NCBI GenBank assembly: GCA_002189035.1
Contig: CM007989.1
Span: 3,472,001-3,536,000 of the forward strand
Direction: 5' to 3'
Length of the DNA: 64,000 nucleotides
Source: Utricularia gibba
Taxonomy: Eukaryota > Plantae > Magnoliophyta
Numbering within the stretch: the first letter of the stretch is position 1; each line of letters opens with the position of its first letter. The position numbers and the translations under genes are program-made. This document shows positions 11,569 through 23,956 of the stretch, piece after piece. The notes beneath the pieces are model-generated. The model was not told the DNA's origin and did not search any database. It saw only the letters and a list, made by a program, of their open reading frames with translations.

Positions 11569-14500
11569 ATGGCGGAAGTCATTTCGCTGCCGGAGGAGAT
11601 TCGAGCTACAGCCACTCGTCTGAATGTTGATTTGGCTTCGCTTGATCTCGACTCCATTAAGCTGCCTCCGGATGAGGATTTCGGCATCATTAGGTGCGTA
11701 TTTTCATGCGAATTGGTTTGGGCTGATTTTCGTTCCCTCTGTTATGATGTTGTCTCATTTTTTCCAAACTGTGGCAGTGACGACGAGGATTTGAAGGAGG
11801 GGGAACCATTGGAGTCTGAAGAGGGTTTTGCAAACATTATTGTCGTAGACAATCTGCCGGTGGTGCCAAAAGAGAAATTTGAGAAATTGGAAGGCGTTGT
11901 TCGAAAACTTTACAGTCAGATTGGGGTTATCAAAGATGATGGACTTTGGATGCCTGTTGACCCGGAAACAGGAAAAACATTGGGATATTGCTTCATCGCG
12001 TACAACACTCCGCAGGTAGCTTTTGACAAATTTTGGCTTCAAAATTTGTCTGTTTTATAAATGTTTAATGCATATGCCGGATTTTAGGAGGCTGAATTGG
12101 CTAAGGAAAAGACCCATCTGTACAAGCTTGATAGAGCTCACGTATTCGCAGTTAATATGTTCGAAGACATTGACAAGTTTATGAAAGTTCCAGAGGAGTG
12201 GGCACCCCCAGAAACTAAGCCATATGTTCCAGGGGTCGATACCTTCTTCCTGCTCAGTCCTCTACTCAACATATAATTTTTTTTTTTATCACACCTCTGT
12301 TTGTTACAGGAGAATTTGCAAAAGTGGCTTATGGATGAGAAAGCTAGAGATCAGTTCGTGATCCGCTCTGGATCAGACACTGAGGTTTTCTGGAATGATG
12401 CAAGACACATGAAACCTGAGCCAGTTTATAAAAGGGCGGTAAGTAAACACAAAATCTACTGGACAGAAATATGGTGTTGTCTTAGCTAATGCTCCATTGC
12501 AGTTTATAATATGGTCATTTGTGTTCATCATCTAATTAACTGAATTTGGTATCTTTGTATTGCAGTACTGGACAGAAAAATTCGTGCAGTGGTCACCACT
12601 TGGAACATACTTGGCCACCGTGCATAGACAGGGTGCTGCAATTTGGGGTGGTGCGACAACCTTTAACCGCCTGATGAGATATGCTCACCCCCAGGTTTTT
12701 TTTTTGGATGGTTACGTCCTATAAACAATATTCTCATTCACAGAATTATTGATTTAATGGTGCGGTTTTTCAGGTAAACTTGATTGATTTTTCCCCTGGT
12801 GAAAAGTATCTGGTGACATACAGTAGCCATGAACCCAGCAATCCTCGTGATACTCATGTACGGAGCCTCTATATGAATTTTGATGTTGTTTTAGATTATT
12901 GACTTGTGGAGGCTTTAATGGAGCTTACTTGCAGAGGGTTGTCATAAATCTGTTTGATGCTAGAACTGGGAAAGTTATGAGAGATTTCAAGGGGAGTGCT
13001 GATGAATTTGCCGTTGGGGGTACCGGTGGAGTCAGTGGTGTGTCTTGGCCTGTGTTTAGGTGATTTATGACACTTTTTCTTGGTTCGGTTAGCTCATCAA
13101 GCGCTTTCTTTCAATAATTTAGGTTTTCTTTCTTCTGATAAAAAACAAAATCGAGGGTTGCTTTCTGATTCGTATAGCTATTATTTTTTGCAGATGGGGT
13201 GGTGGAAAAGATGACAAGTACTTTGCAAGAATTGGAAAGAATGCCATATCGGTTTATGAAACACAGACTTTTGGTCTGATTGACAAGAAATCTGTGAAGG
13301 TTGATAATGTTGTTGATTTCAGCTGGTCACCTACTGATCCCATTATTGCCCTCTTTGTTCCAGAACTTGGAGGAGGAAATCAACCTGCAAGGGTAAGTAT
13401 ATTTACCAGGGCTTTTAGGCATATGAAAATTATAAATTATTTATTAATTTTTTGCATTTCATATGGCAGGTGAGTCTTATGGAAATCCCAAGCAAAAGTG
13501 AGTTAAGGCAGAAAAATCTATTCAGCGTCAGTGATTGTAAAATGTACTGGCAAAGTAATGGGGAATACCTTGCTGTTAAGGTCGATCGGTACACCAAAAC
13601 CAAGAAAAGTACGTATACTGGATTTGAGCTCTTCAGAATCAAGGAACGGGATATTCCTATAGAGGTTCTGGAGCTTGAAAATAAGAATGACAAGATCATT
13701 GCCTTTGCTTGGGAGCCCAAGGGTCACAGGTTTGCTGTTATCCATGGTGACAACCCAAGGCCTGATGTTAGTTTCTACTCGATGCGGAGTGGCAGCAATA
13801 CACTGAAGGTTTCCAAGCTGACCACTCTCAAGGCAAAGCAGGCAAACGCTCTTTACTGGTCCCCGTCTGGCCGCTTTATCATACTGGCTGGATTAAAGGG
13901 TTTCAACGGGCAGCTGGAGTTTTACAATGTTGATGATCTTGAGACAATGGCACAGGCTGAGCATTTCATGGCTACAGACGTTGAATGGGATCCTACTGGA
14001 AGGTGAGGTTTGATCCCTTTTATGTGTTACCTCTGAACCACTCTGTGCCCGTAGGTTTTTGGAGGAATGTTAACCGTTATGCTGATCTTTTGTACATTCC
14101 CGCAGGTATGTAGTGACGGCGGTGACATCCGTCCATGAGATGGAAAATGGATTCAACGTATGGTCCTTCAATGGAAAACCTCTGTACAGAATACTCAAGG
14201 ACCATTTCTTCCAAGTAAGTGCTGCTTCCATTTGGAGATTCAATTTGGAATCGGTTGTACCTAGCAAGCACACTTGGCTGACTTTTCCAACTGCAGTTTT
14301 TGTGGCGGCCGAGGCCTCCATCCTTCTTGAGCCCTGAAAAGGAGGAGGAGATTTCAAAGAACTTGAAAAAGTACAGCAAGAAGTACGAGGCCGAGGATCA
14401 AGACGTTTCTCTGTTGTTAAGTGAACAGGACCGCGAGAAGAGGAAGATGCTGAAGGAAGAGTGGGCACGGTGGATCGGAGAGTGGAGGCGATTCCACGAA

Positions 14501-14629
14501 GAAGAGAAGCTCATCCGCCAGAAACTGCGAGACGACGAGGCTAGCGATGAAGAAGAGGAGTACGAAGCAAAGGAAGTGGAGATCGAGGAGGTGGTGGATG
14601 TTACAGAAGAAGTCATCTCCTTCGACTGA
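11569..14629 (+). CDS. TIF3B1: Eukaryotic translation initiation factor 3 subunit B; multi-exon
   Basis: RRM IIVVDNLPVVPKEKFEKLEGVVRKLYSQIG...TLGYCFI, WD-like region MYWQSNGEYLAVKVDRYTKTKKS...FAWEPKGHRFAVIHG, EHFMATDVEWDPTGRYV and C-terminal LKKYSKKYEAEDQD. Confidence 0.97.
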
Positions 14630-14952
14630 CCACAACTTTTCCGAGCAACAACCAACTATTTAGTTCTTTTCTGTTGTAAAATTTTCCGGTATGAGCCCAT
14701 GACCGAATGCTTGCTTAATGGAGTTGTAACTTCTTATCCAGTTTTTCTGGATTTTCTTGTCTTGGATTAATTTTTTAAATCTGTGCTTCGTAAGGGTTTT
14801 TTTTAATGGTTTCTTCTTATTTTCCCTGGTGCCCCTTGATTCCTCGTAATTGCTCTCCGACACCGCATTGCTTTTTGGTTTGGTATCAGCCTGCCGCACA
14901 ATTTGTTCGACGAAATGCCCGAGCAGAAACGCTACCTGGAAATTTTTCTAGT

Positions 14953-15893
14953 ATGGAAGACCGTTGTTCTGTTAACAGCCCACGAAGGATCCTGAGCTTC
15001 TCCAAGAATCGGAAGGCGAATCCCGGTTTTTCTCAAGTCGATGACTACAAAAATACGGCAGGTTTCGGTGTCTCCGGCGAGCATGGCCCCAAACTTTCTG
15101 AGGTTTATGGGTTCGTGGCTCCATAACCACCGTGGTGTTCACAGGTTTGGCTCCAATTGACTCATTGCATTCCCGCTTAAGTTCATGATCTTGGGCATCC
15201 ATCTGAATCTCCGTGAAAGCTATTGAATTGTTGCTATTTGATGCCGGATTAGAGGATTAAAGTTCACATCAGGATTGAACACGGGGGGGTCGTCGGTCTG
15301 TTGGGTTTGAAGTGTACTCACACATCCAAATTGGGTTATTTTTTTGTGATCAATGCAGAATAATTTGTTAGAACATCTCTGATCTACATGTCTAAGCCTT
15401 TTTTGCTTATCCAACAGCCATTTTCCTCATATGGGCATATATCCCAGATGAATGGTTACATTCTTTAGGGATCTACTACTATCCAAGCAGGTCAGATACA
15501 ACGTTTACATCCACAAACTCTTACACAGTCCTTGATGCCGCAAATTGTGATCCATGTCAGGCACTGGGCACTGGTCGTACCTACTTATTTGATGGTTTCA
15601 GTTGCATTGGGTATTGTCTTCTACATTGGCATCAACTTCATGGCAACTCCTCCTCCTACTTCCTTGAACACCATGCTTGGTAGGTGATCGGCAGTGAGCA
15701 ATTACTCACCCTGCCATTTTACTGAAATTGTCCTGATGTGTCGTCCTATCTTATAGATGAGTTCAGTAGGGAACCAGAACCCTTTAGTGCCATCATTTCC
15801 ACAGAGGACGACGGCGACCAGCCCATCCGGCCGATATCAGACATCGGCGTCGATCAGGTGAACAAGATAATGTTCAGAAATGCAAAGGCATAG
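14953..15893 (+). CDS. PIGP: GPI-GlcNAc transferase subunit P (PIG-P); 4 exons; one -1 frameshift at 15117-15118, probably an assembly error
   Basis: SVNSPRRILSFSK...GFGVSGEHGPKLSEVYGFV(G)SITTVVFT / AIFLIWAYIPDEWLHSLGIYYYPSR / HWALVVPTYLMVSVALGIVFYIGINFMATPPPTSLNTML / DEFSRE...DQPIRPISDIGVDQVNKIMF. Here GTGGCTCC; the second copy has GTGGGCTCC. Confidence 0.88.
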
Positions 15894-16430
15894 GCACCAG
15901 CGGTACCTCTTTCTTCCAATTAAAAAAAACCCCTTGTTAAAAACAAGATAATCGTAAAATTATTATTTTTGTTAAATACAAAACTTTAGAAGGAATTATT
16001 TTTAAAAATTATTTCTATTTCTAAAATTTAAAATATAAATGATTTGAAAATTAAAAATGATGGAGCCAACCATGGCTTGATCGATGGGCCTTGGTGGGCT
16101 TCTTTGCTCCTAAAGCCCACACGAAGCATCTGACCATCATACTCATCTGGCACAGACACAAGTGAATTAAAATAAAATAAGAAATAGGGGATAAATGTGA
16201 AGTATGGTTTGGTGGGAGTCACATTTACTCTCTTCACATGGAGAATAGACTTTTCACGGCATTTAAAAATAATAAAAAAAATAGGGTTGCAGCTCACTAG
16301 TCCCCAAATAGGAGTTGCCTCCAAGATGTGAGAAATGGGATTTTGAGTGCAAAGCGACATGCCACCAAACCTTGTGCTCCTGTGCGCCGGAAGCATCTAG
16401 GCCACGAGTATTAAGCAAATAAAACTCTAA

Positions 16431-16790
16431 GTTTGTGTTTGATAGGTAATTTAAGATTTCGATAATATGGTTTAAGATAAAATGTATTTTAGGGTTTCAG
16501 GTTTGGTATGTGTTTAGTAGATGAATTTAGATGCGTTATATTTGGTAATGAAAAAATATTTGGATTGTAGTTTTAAATTTATTTGTAAGTGAATGAGATT
16601 AAGGATAAATTAGAAGTAAATATATAATTTAATATAAAACATAACATTTCCTCAATTTTCAATTGAAAACTGTATATATATTTTTAATTTATCTTAAATT
16701 AGTTAAGTTTTTTAAAAAAAATTTCACCAAACACACAAGTTAAATAAACATATTTTGAAACCAACATTAAACCAGTTATCAAACAACACC
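16431..16790. mobile_element. Tourist/PIF-Harbinger-like MITE, about 360 bp
   Basis: Imperfect TIRs GTTTGTGTTTGATA / GGTGTTGTTTGATA, flanked by TAA at 16428-16430 and 16791-16793; AT-rich interior. Confidence 0.45.
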
Positions 16791-17597
16791 TAAGGATGAA
16801 TGTGGATGATAGTTTTAGATTGATTTTAAGGGAGTTTTATTTAATATAAATGTATGGTAATAAATTTTAATTTAATTTTGGTATTAGAAATTTTTAAAAC
16901 TTATAAATTATGTTTTATCTTTAACCATAAAACTATAATTTAGATAAAAAAAAATATAATGAAATTAGATTTATATAATGTTTAGTTATTAAGTAAAACA
17001 TTCACTGCTAAGTAAAAAAATGAAGTATAGCTTATATAGATCACCTTCTATATAATTAAATACAACTCTCTCTATCCAGATATTATTTAAACCTCTGATG
17101 TAAAATATGATATAATTTTATAAAACTTTGTTAAGCCATCTTAATCTTATCAATCAAATGCAAAAAATACATAACCATTTGATACAATAGTGTAATGAAT
17201 AGCATATCTAAATTATTTGTACATACAGCATACATAATGAACTTAAATTTGAAATAACATGTTAAAATGATAATTTCATTTAATAGATGTATTTAGAATA
17301 TGTGTTTTATTAATAAAATATATGATGTAAAAGAATTTTAAAAAAAAATGATTAAAATGTTCATATAAGGATGTGTTTTGTTGGTGTGTATGATGCTAAA
17401 CTGAGTTTAATTTATTTGAATTTAAATTTATACACTTTATTGATTTAAAAGATAATTCTATTGTACTCAAACTTATGCACTTATAACACATATCTCTAGT
17501 CAAAGCATTGGCCGCCACACCAATCCACAACCCTTACTTCCTAATCCTAAATTAATCACCATTAGATTCGATTAGCTTCTAATTAATCACTATAGGA

Positions 17598-17619
17598 CAC
17601 ACACACACACACACACACA
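17598..17619. repeat. (CA)n microsatellite
   Basis: Directly visible run of CA units. Confidence 0.9.
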
Positions 17620-18370
17620 TAGATACAGCGTATGTGTTACGTGCCTAAATGTTGTGTCTGGGGCGCCCCCGATGGTGCTATTAAGAGGGGGGTGAAGTTT
17701 GAAATTTGGTATCTATGTGTTGTGTTGCTTTTAGTGTGGCCTTCCCTTCGCTTCCCTTCCCTTTCCATTTCAATAATAAATGGATCTATTACACATTAGA
17801 CTATGGCTGTCCAACATCATAATGCACCATCATTAGAACAAAGCCGACCTCCACCCATTTAATGCGATTCCACCCTTTTTATTAAATAAATAATTCCCCT
17901 TTATTAATATTAATTATCTCCAAAACCCTAAACTCTAAAGTCGTAATTACTATTGATAACATATTTCGATATGCGATATTGATTTCAAAAATATATACAT
18001 TCGAATGAATTTAAAGACGCCTGGGTCTGTAGCTTCAATGTGCTCTTGTTCCCGTGCCAAATAATTGTGGAAATTAAAGCCGATTTTTTTTATTATTTCG
18101 GTGTTAATATAAATTATTATCGCGTACTTAATTTAATAAAAATAATGGTGGAAATAATAAAGAGGTAATAATAAATAAATAATAAATGCTTGCGCGAGAC
18201 TTATTTGGTCACTTCGTCGTGCTTCTGGATTTTAGAAGCAGCGCCTCGGATAACTTGACTCCTGGCGGATTCTGTGATTGAGATTCACGGAGGTGGGAAT
18301 CGACGGCGGCTTCGTTTGGATAAGGAGAAGAGCGGTTGCATTCTTCGGATTCTGGGTCGTTGGTGTTTGT

Positions 18371-19253
18371 ATGGGAATGAGGTGCAAAAAGCACCCCGGC
18401 GACCTAAGCAGCGATGTCGGCGTCTGCGCTTCGTGCCTCCGGGAGCGCCTTTTCTCTGTAATGGTGGCGCAAGCGGAGCTGAGGCAGGACTGCAGGAAAA
18501 AGGAAATCCCGCAACAGGATTTTCCGGCTTTTCCGCGCTCCGTCTCGCCGTACATTTCGCGGACGGTGAGCCGCCACCAGATGTTTTTCAGTACGCCTCA
18601 GGTGAGGGCGACGGCGATGACTGTGGCGGTGGGGATTAGGGAGGAGGAGGAGGACGGGAAGGGGAGGAAGGGAAGGGTGGGAAATTGTCGTCGTTGTTTC
18701 TTAGGATCTTCAGACGGAAATCAGATAAGACGGATCCGGGTCGGGTAACGCATCCGCCGGAATGCTCGACGGCTTCATCGTCGTGGTTTTCTACAATAGT
18801 CCCAGGACGGACGAAGAAGCCGAATCAAACGTTTTCCGCAGACGATCGGCCGATAAAGTCGAAGCGAAAGCCGTACCGGCGTTTTGACCGGGGAATGTCC
18901 CCGGTAAGGAATCCTTACGAGGAAGAAAACGGCGGTTCAAGCGGTTACTCATCCGACTCATCCCATCAGACGCCTCGAAGGTCTCCGGCAGTTCCCCGCC
19001 GCGTCGGAGGCAAAGTTCCGGCAGCGCACAACGTACACGTCTCCGGCGTGTCCTTGTGCTTAAGTCCTCTAATCCGTCCCAGCCCCAGCCGACAATGGAA
19101 TCCAAAAGGCCTTCTAGTTCCCGACGTGCCCGCTGGCACCGAATCCAGAACCCCGTCCACTCTCCCCGGCTGTCCTCCGCCGCGTCGTTCTGCAAGAGCC
19201 GGTCCCGGAAACTCGCGGACTTCGGTAGGAGCAACTACTACCGCGACGACTAG
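18371..19253 (+). CDS. DUF740/OCTOPUS-like family protein; single exon; two apparent frameshifts
   Basis: MGMRCKKHPGDLSSDVGVCASCLRERL, FPRSVSPY, FFSTPQV, then RGMSP and SGVSLCLSPLIRPSP, then SSAASFCKSRSRKLADFGR spread over three frames. Shifts lie in a purine run near 18646-18685 and in CCCC at 19164-19167. Confidence 0.85.
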
Positions 19254-19481
19254 TTCTCCGGTGACGTTCATTTACCGTTATGCCCTTCTCCCTCTTCCCC
19301 CCACATTAAATTCGCGCCTCTACTCACAAAAATCGGTTGGGTTTGGTTGTATATTTACACCACAGATTAACATACATTACCGTACAGCCGTCCTGCCCAA
19401 TAATAATATTTTAAAATTAAAACCATTTTAATTAATTCATCTACAATTTTTTTAAAAAAAATTAAAATATTTTTGGGTGTC

Positions 19482-20440
19482 TTACGTTCGTCCTGGGACG
19501 ATGAGAGCGAGAGCATCGACGGCTGGCATCGGTCCACGGCGGACGTCCTGATGAATTCCGGGATTCATTGATTGCAGAAGGGCGGGTGATGGGAATCGCC
19601 CACTCCACACCACTCGCTGCGGCTGCCTCCAACTGACCTTTGGGTCACTATTCAATTCATTCCGACCCCATTCACCTCTCCCTCCCCAACATCTTTTTCT
19701 TCTGCTGCATCTCCATCCCTTCTTCTGCATCTTGTGTCTAGGGAACTCACGACGCTTCAGATCAGTAGCATGTTTGGTGAGACCAAGCTGATGGTCATAA
19801 AAGCTCTCTGCTTGAAAATGGGAGGCCGCTTCTTCTTCTGTTCCTCGGTTTTCACCTAGTTGTAGTGCTTCAGTCATCCCTCGTACGTATCAGGGAAGTT
19901 GGGATCATCCTCCACCTCCGACTCATCGCACTTGAACCGAACAGGGGAGTGGATGAAAGACATCTTTCCTGAGTGCACCAGGGAACAAAGCTCGATGATG
20001 AAACAGAAAACTCAATGTATAGACAAGAAAAACCAGGGTGATTTTGCAGAAATTACCAGGCTCTCATCATCCACGACGATGGGAACCGGATTCTGCAAAG
20101 TATGTCCACAACAAACGATGATTACAAAATCGAATTTTTATCATACTGTGTGTAAAAACAAGTATCGTGAATAGGAAACCAGGTTCTTCGATGGACGCCA
20201 TCTACGTTACACAAAACAGAGAGAGAACCGATCGAAAGCGCATACAAAGTAGAGATCCGACAGAAATGGGCAAGAATTTGGGGAAGAGAAACGTGGCTTC
20301 CGCAGTTATCTTCTCATCCCATTACGAACTTGTCGTATTGGGTAACGACAAAAAGCTCAACAAGATACCTCAGCCACCATGTACCAAAAAATCACCAGTC
20401 GCAATCCAAGGGACGGTTTACCCAACAGGGCGGAGGTCAT
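19482..20440 (-). other. Unassigned spliced transcription unit with micro-exons (degenerate gene or lncRNA)
   Basis: Three GT-AG introns with pyrimidine tracts at 20202-20368, 20093-20179 and 19969-20056 enclose exons of 22 and 36 nt. No protein family recognised. Confidence 0.4.
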
Positions 20441-20448
20441 TTCGGCTT

Positions 20449-21090
20449 TCTGTGCTTGTCAGGGTTTTTTTATCGATTTCTTGTTATTTTCCCTGGTGCC
20501 CCTTCATTTCTCGTAATTGTGCTCCAACATCGCATTGCTCATTCAGTTTCATATCAGCCTCGCGCACACTTTGTTCGATGAAATGCCGAGCAGAAACGCT
20601 ATCTGGAGGAAATTTTTCATCTAGTTATGAAAGACTGTTGTTCTGTTAACTGCCCACGAAAGATCCTGAGCTTCTCCAAGAATCGGAAGGCGAATCCCTG
20701 TTTTTCCCAAGTCGACGACCACAAAAATACGACAGGTTTCGGTGTCTCCGGCAAAAATGGCCCCAAACTTTCGGAGGTTAATGGGTTCGTGGGCTCCATA
20801 ACCACCGCGGTATTCACAGATTTGGTTCCAACTGACTCATTAGATTCCCACTTAGTTTCATTGCGCATCCTTTTGTTCTCCAAGTTCACACTTCCAAAAT
20901 TGGCTTTTTTGTTTCCTGAGTGTGATCGAAACAGAATAATTTGTTAGAACATCTTTGATCTTCATGTCTAAAGCTCTTTCGCTTACTCAACAGCCATTCT
21001 CCTCATATGGGCATATCTTCCAGATGAAAGGTCGCATTCTGTGGGGATCTATTACTACTACCCAACCAGGTCAGTAACAACGTTTACATA
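20449..21090 (+). pseudogene. Truncated duplicate of PIG-P (upstream segment plus exons 1-2 only)
   Basis: Collinear with 14781-15505 at an offset of about 5.67 kb. Intron-1 donor reads ACAG/ATTTGG instead of ACAG/GTTTGG, intron 1 is about 100 nt shorter, exon 2 reads ILLIWAYLPDERSHSVGIYYYYPTR, and no exon 3 or 4 follows. Confidence 0.85.
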
Positions 21091-22873
21091 CATTGTTCAC
21101 TTCCCTTCAGCAACTCACAATAAACAGCCTCAACAATCCATGCTTAATCCCACATAAGTTTTGCCTGTAGGTCCGACTTTGTATCTGTGACTTGGTTAGG
21201 CATCCAAGAACGCACAGCAAAACAACAATATGAATGCAAAACCTTTTGATCAACTTACAGTCGCTTTGGCCAAAGCCATGTTATCAGTTTGGGAGCCACT
21301 GACTAACCATGTTCAAGAAGTGGCCAAGAGACACTCATATGAAAGAAGGTAAGCAAATTACGAATATGGTATCAGTGGTTTGAAATTTCAAATTCATATG
21401 GCTATAGCAACAACCATAGTGCTAGAAGGAAAGATGATCCACGAAGGACAACTAGTTTAGTATTCTTTCTTGGTGAATCAGCACTAGTCCAGAATTCAAT
21501 AAATCAACCCATTGCCATATTTTCCCAGTTTGTTGCAGCGAATGCTTGTGTCTGTCATGGGCGTTGAATGTGATACGTGTTGGAAAATCTTGGCTTTTGT
21601 GGTGGAGCCACAATGATCCATATACAGTATTGCCTCTGAACAAGAATCCTCCATTTCATACAGGAGCTAGCTGAGCACATGGAAACAAGATTTTCACTTC
21701 ATTAGGGAAATATGTTAATAACAGGAAAGTGGAGTTGCACCGTGTCAAAGGAAAAGATCTGATATTCTACAAAACCATTGAATGACCCACCCAGCATTCA
21801 TTCACTCAAGAAGAATTCCAGGTTGAGGGAGGATGCTGGAAGTCAAGCATGAACCCTCTCTCCTATTTATGTGATATCTGGTGTTGACATAGCTCATCAA
21901 TAAGTTACCAAAAACTGTTTAGTGCAAGTATGAACCCTACACGCTTGGTGGTCTCTGGATTTCCTTCCAAATGTATATATACCCTCTTCTTTGGGTACTT
22001 TACTCACTATTCAAAAAATTTGGGATCTAATATCTTTTGACTCTTTAAATTGTTTATGATAAAAATTGAATTAATTTTATGTAATTCTAATTTAATAATT
22101 TATACATGTGATTAAATGTAAAACCAAAATGATAGTGATACTATGTCATATTGATTACAAATTATACAACATATATGCTTAAATTGAGTAATACTACTAA
22201 TTTTATATGAACTATTTTTTTAAAAGTAAAGAACATAAAATTATAAAAACTTAATATTCAAAACGAATAATATCATATAAATATATGATAGTTATATCAT
22301 CTAATATGTCAATTTTTTATATTAAAATATTATAAAATTGAATTTCCATTTTATTTATTTTACATACATTTGAAAACATAAGCGTTCCTAGATCAGGTTA
22401 GGTTACCGAGGAAAAAATGAAGGTCCCATGAGGCTTCAGTGTTGATCAAGAAAGGGAGGAGTCCTCCTCGCTGCTATGGTTTTTATTTATGAATATCCAC
22501 CAACCATTTAATGAATGGAAGGAGAGGGCACCTACCACTTACGTGAACTGAACGGAATTGATAGCATAGGGTAGGGTTGGATGTTAGTCTCCACCACAGT
22601 CACCTCTCACTGACTGCTGGATAATAAACTTTGGAAAGTAATGTCATTCTTCAAAAGAAAGCACCATATAATAAGGGATTTGTCACCTTCATTTCGGTAA
22701 CTGAAAATAGGGTTTGAAAAAGACAAAAAAAAAAAGAAAAAGAAAAGAAACAATCGTGACAGTGAAGTGGGATATGGAAATGGCATGGGATGGCACGGCC
22801 TGGACTAGACTAGGAGTATGGCGGTGCGATTACCGTGTGAGCGAGCCCTGGAGGGTGGAGTTTAATTTACACG

Positions 22874-23956
22874 CTAGATTCCGGTGAGCCACCGGAAGAG
22901 TTCGCTGATTTCTTGGCCGACGCGGCTGGGGTCGGGATCCTCGGCTTCGATGCGGCGGCTGCTGTTGGAGAAGAATCTTCCGGAGCCGCGAAAGGAGAGG
23001 GCGCGGGAGGAGCGGGAGATGGAGGGGAGTCTGTCAAAGTAGTCGCGCAGCCAGTTTCTAGTGGTGGAGACTTCGGCGGCGAGGGATTCCGCCGGGGGGT
23101 CGGGTATGGGGATGCCGAGGGATGATTCCTTGTCAGCGGATGTGGAGTCTGAGGGACCACGGCGGTGATTGGTGGACGCGACGGAGACCTCGTAGCCGCT
23201 ATCGTCTACGATGTAATCGAAGGAACCAATAGAGTACGCCCTCCGGCCTCCGTCCCCTGCCGCCGCCGCCCCTGCCTCGACGGGGATTCCATGTCTGCGG
23301 CTAATACTACCGATTTCGACACGGAAACTGCCGCTGTGCGGATTCCTGGTACTCCCGACGGCGCCACGATTGTCAGCGGAGAGGATTTTCCCGAGTAAAT
23401 CGGATTCCGACGCAATAACGGAGGACCTGCAGAGAGGACAGCTTTGATTCGACACGATCCACGCATCGATACACCCAGCGTGAAACGCGTGACAGCAGAG
23501 AGGCAACAATCGCAGTTGATCATCCACTTCGAACTTCGACAAACATACGGCACAATCGCCGGCGGAGAGATTCCCGGACACCGAACCGAAAGTAAATAAA
23601 GGCAGAGAATCGAGTAAACTAGCAGTCGCCACATCGTATTCCTGTTGCCCGCCAGAATCCCCACGGAATGAACCGTACCTCGGAACGACGTCGTCTGCCG
23701 CGGAAAACGCGCGGAAAGAGCCATTGAAGCGTTTCGACAGGAGGCGGAGGAGGATTAAAACTAATGCAGAGACGACGACGGCGGAAGCCACAACTATCAC
23801 AACTACGACTACAGAAGTCGATGAAGGCGGCCCCGGCGCGGAGGAGTAGGCGGCCTCAGAGTAAGGCGGAGGAAGCAGAGGGATGTTCCTAGCCGGAGCG
23901 TCGGATACGCCGCCAGAACTGTTCCCCGGAGACGGCGTAAGAAATGGAGTTGACAT
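22874..23956 (-). CDS. ATL4: RING-H2 E3 ubiquitin ligase ATL4-like; single exon, 360 aa
   Basis: Pro-rich N-terminus, TM helix VVVVVIVVASAVVVSALVLILL, LLDSLPLFTF (GLD-like), RING-H2 DCAVCLSKFEVDDQLRLLPLCCHAFHAGCIDAWIVSNQSCPLCR and C-terminal GEEISELFRW-like motif. Confidence 0.88.
   Translation of the reverse strand: MSTPFLTPSPGNSSGGVSDAPARNIPLLPPPYSEAAYSSAPGPPSSTSVVVVVIVVASAVVVSALVLILLRLLSKRFNGSFRAFSAADDVVPRYGSFRGDSGGQQEYDVATASLLDSLPLFTFGSVSGNLSAGDCAVCLSKFEVDDQLRLLPLCCHAFHAGCIDAWIVSNQSCPLCRSSVIASESDLLGKILSADNRGAVGSTRNPHSGSFRVEIGSISRRHGIPVEAGAAAAGDGGRRAYSIGSFDYIVDDSGYEVSVASTNHRRGPSDSTSADKESSLGIPIPDPPAESLAAEVSTTRNWLRDYFDRLPSISRSSRALSFRGSGRFFSNSSRRIEAEDPDPSRVGQEISELFRWLTGI

Noticed and set aside
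14881-14889. TGGTATCAG, similar to a tRNA-Met primer binding site (also near 21367)
   Set aside because: No LTR precedes it and the duplicate copy does not keep the motif; chance match.
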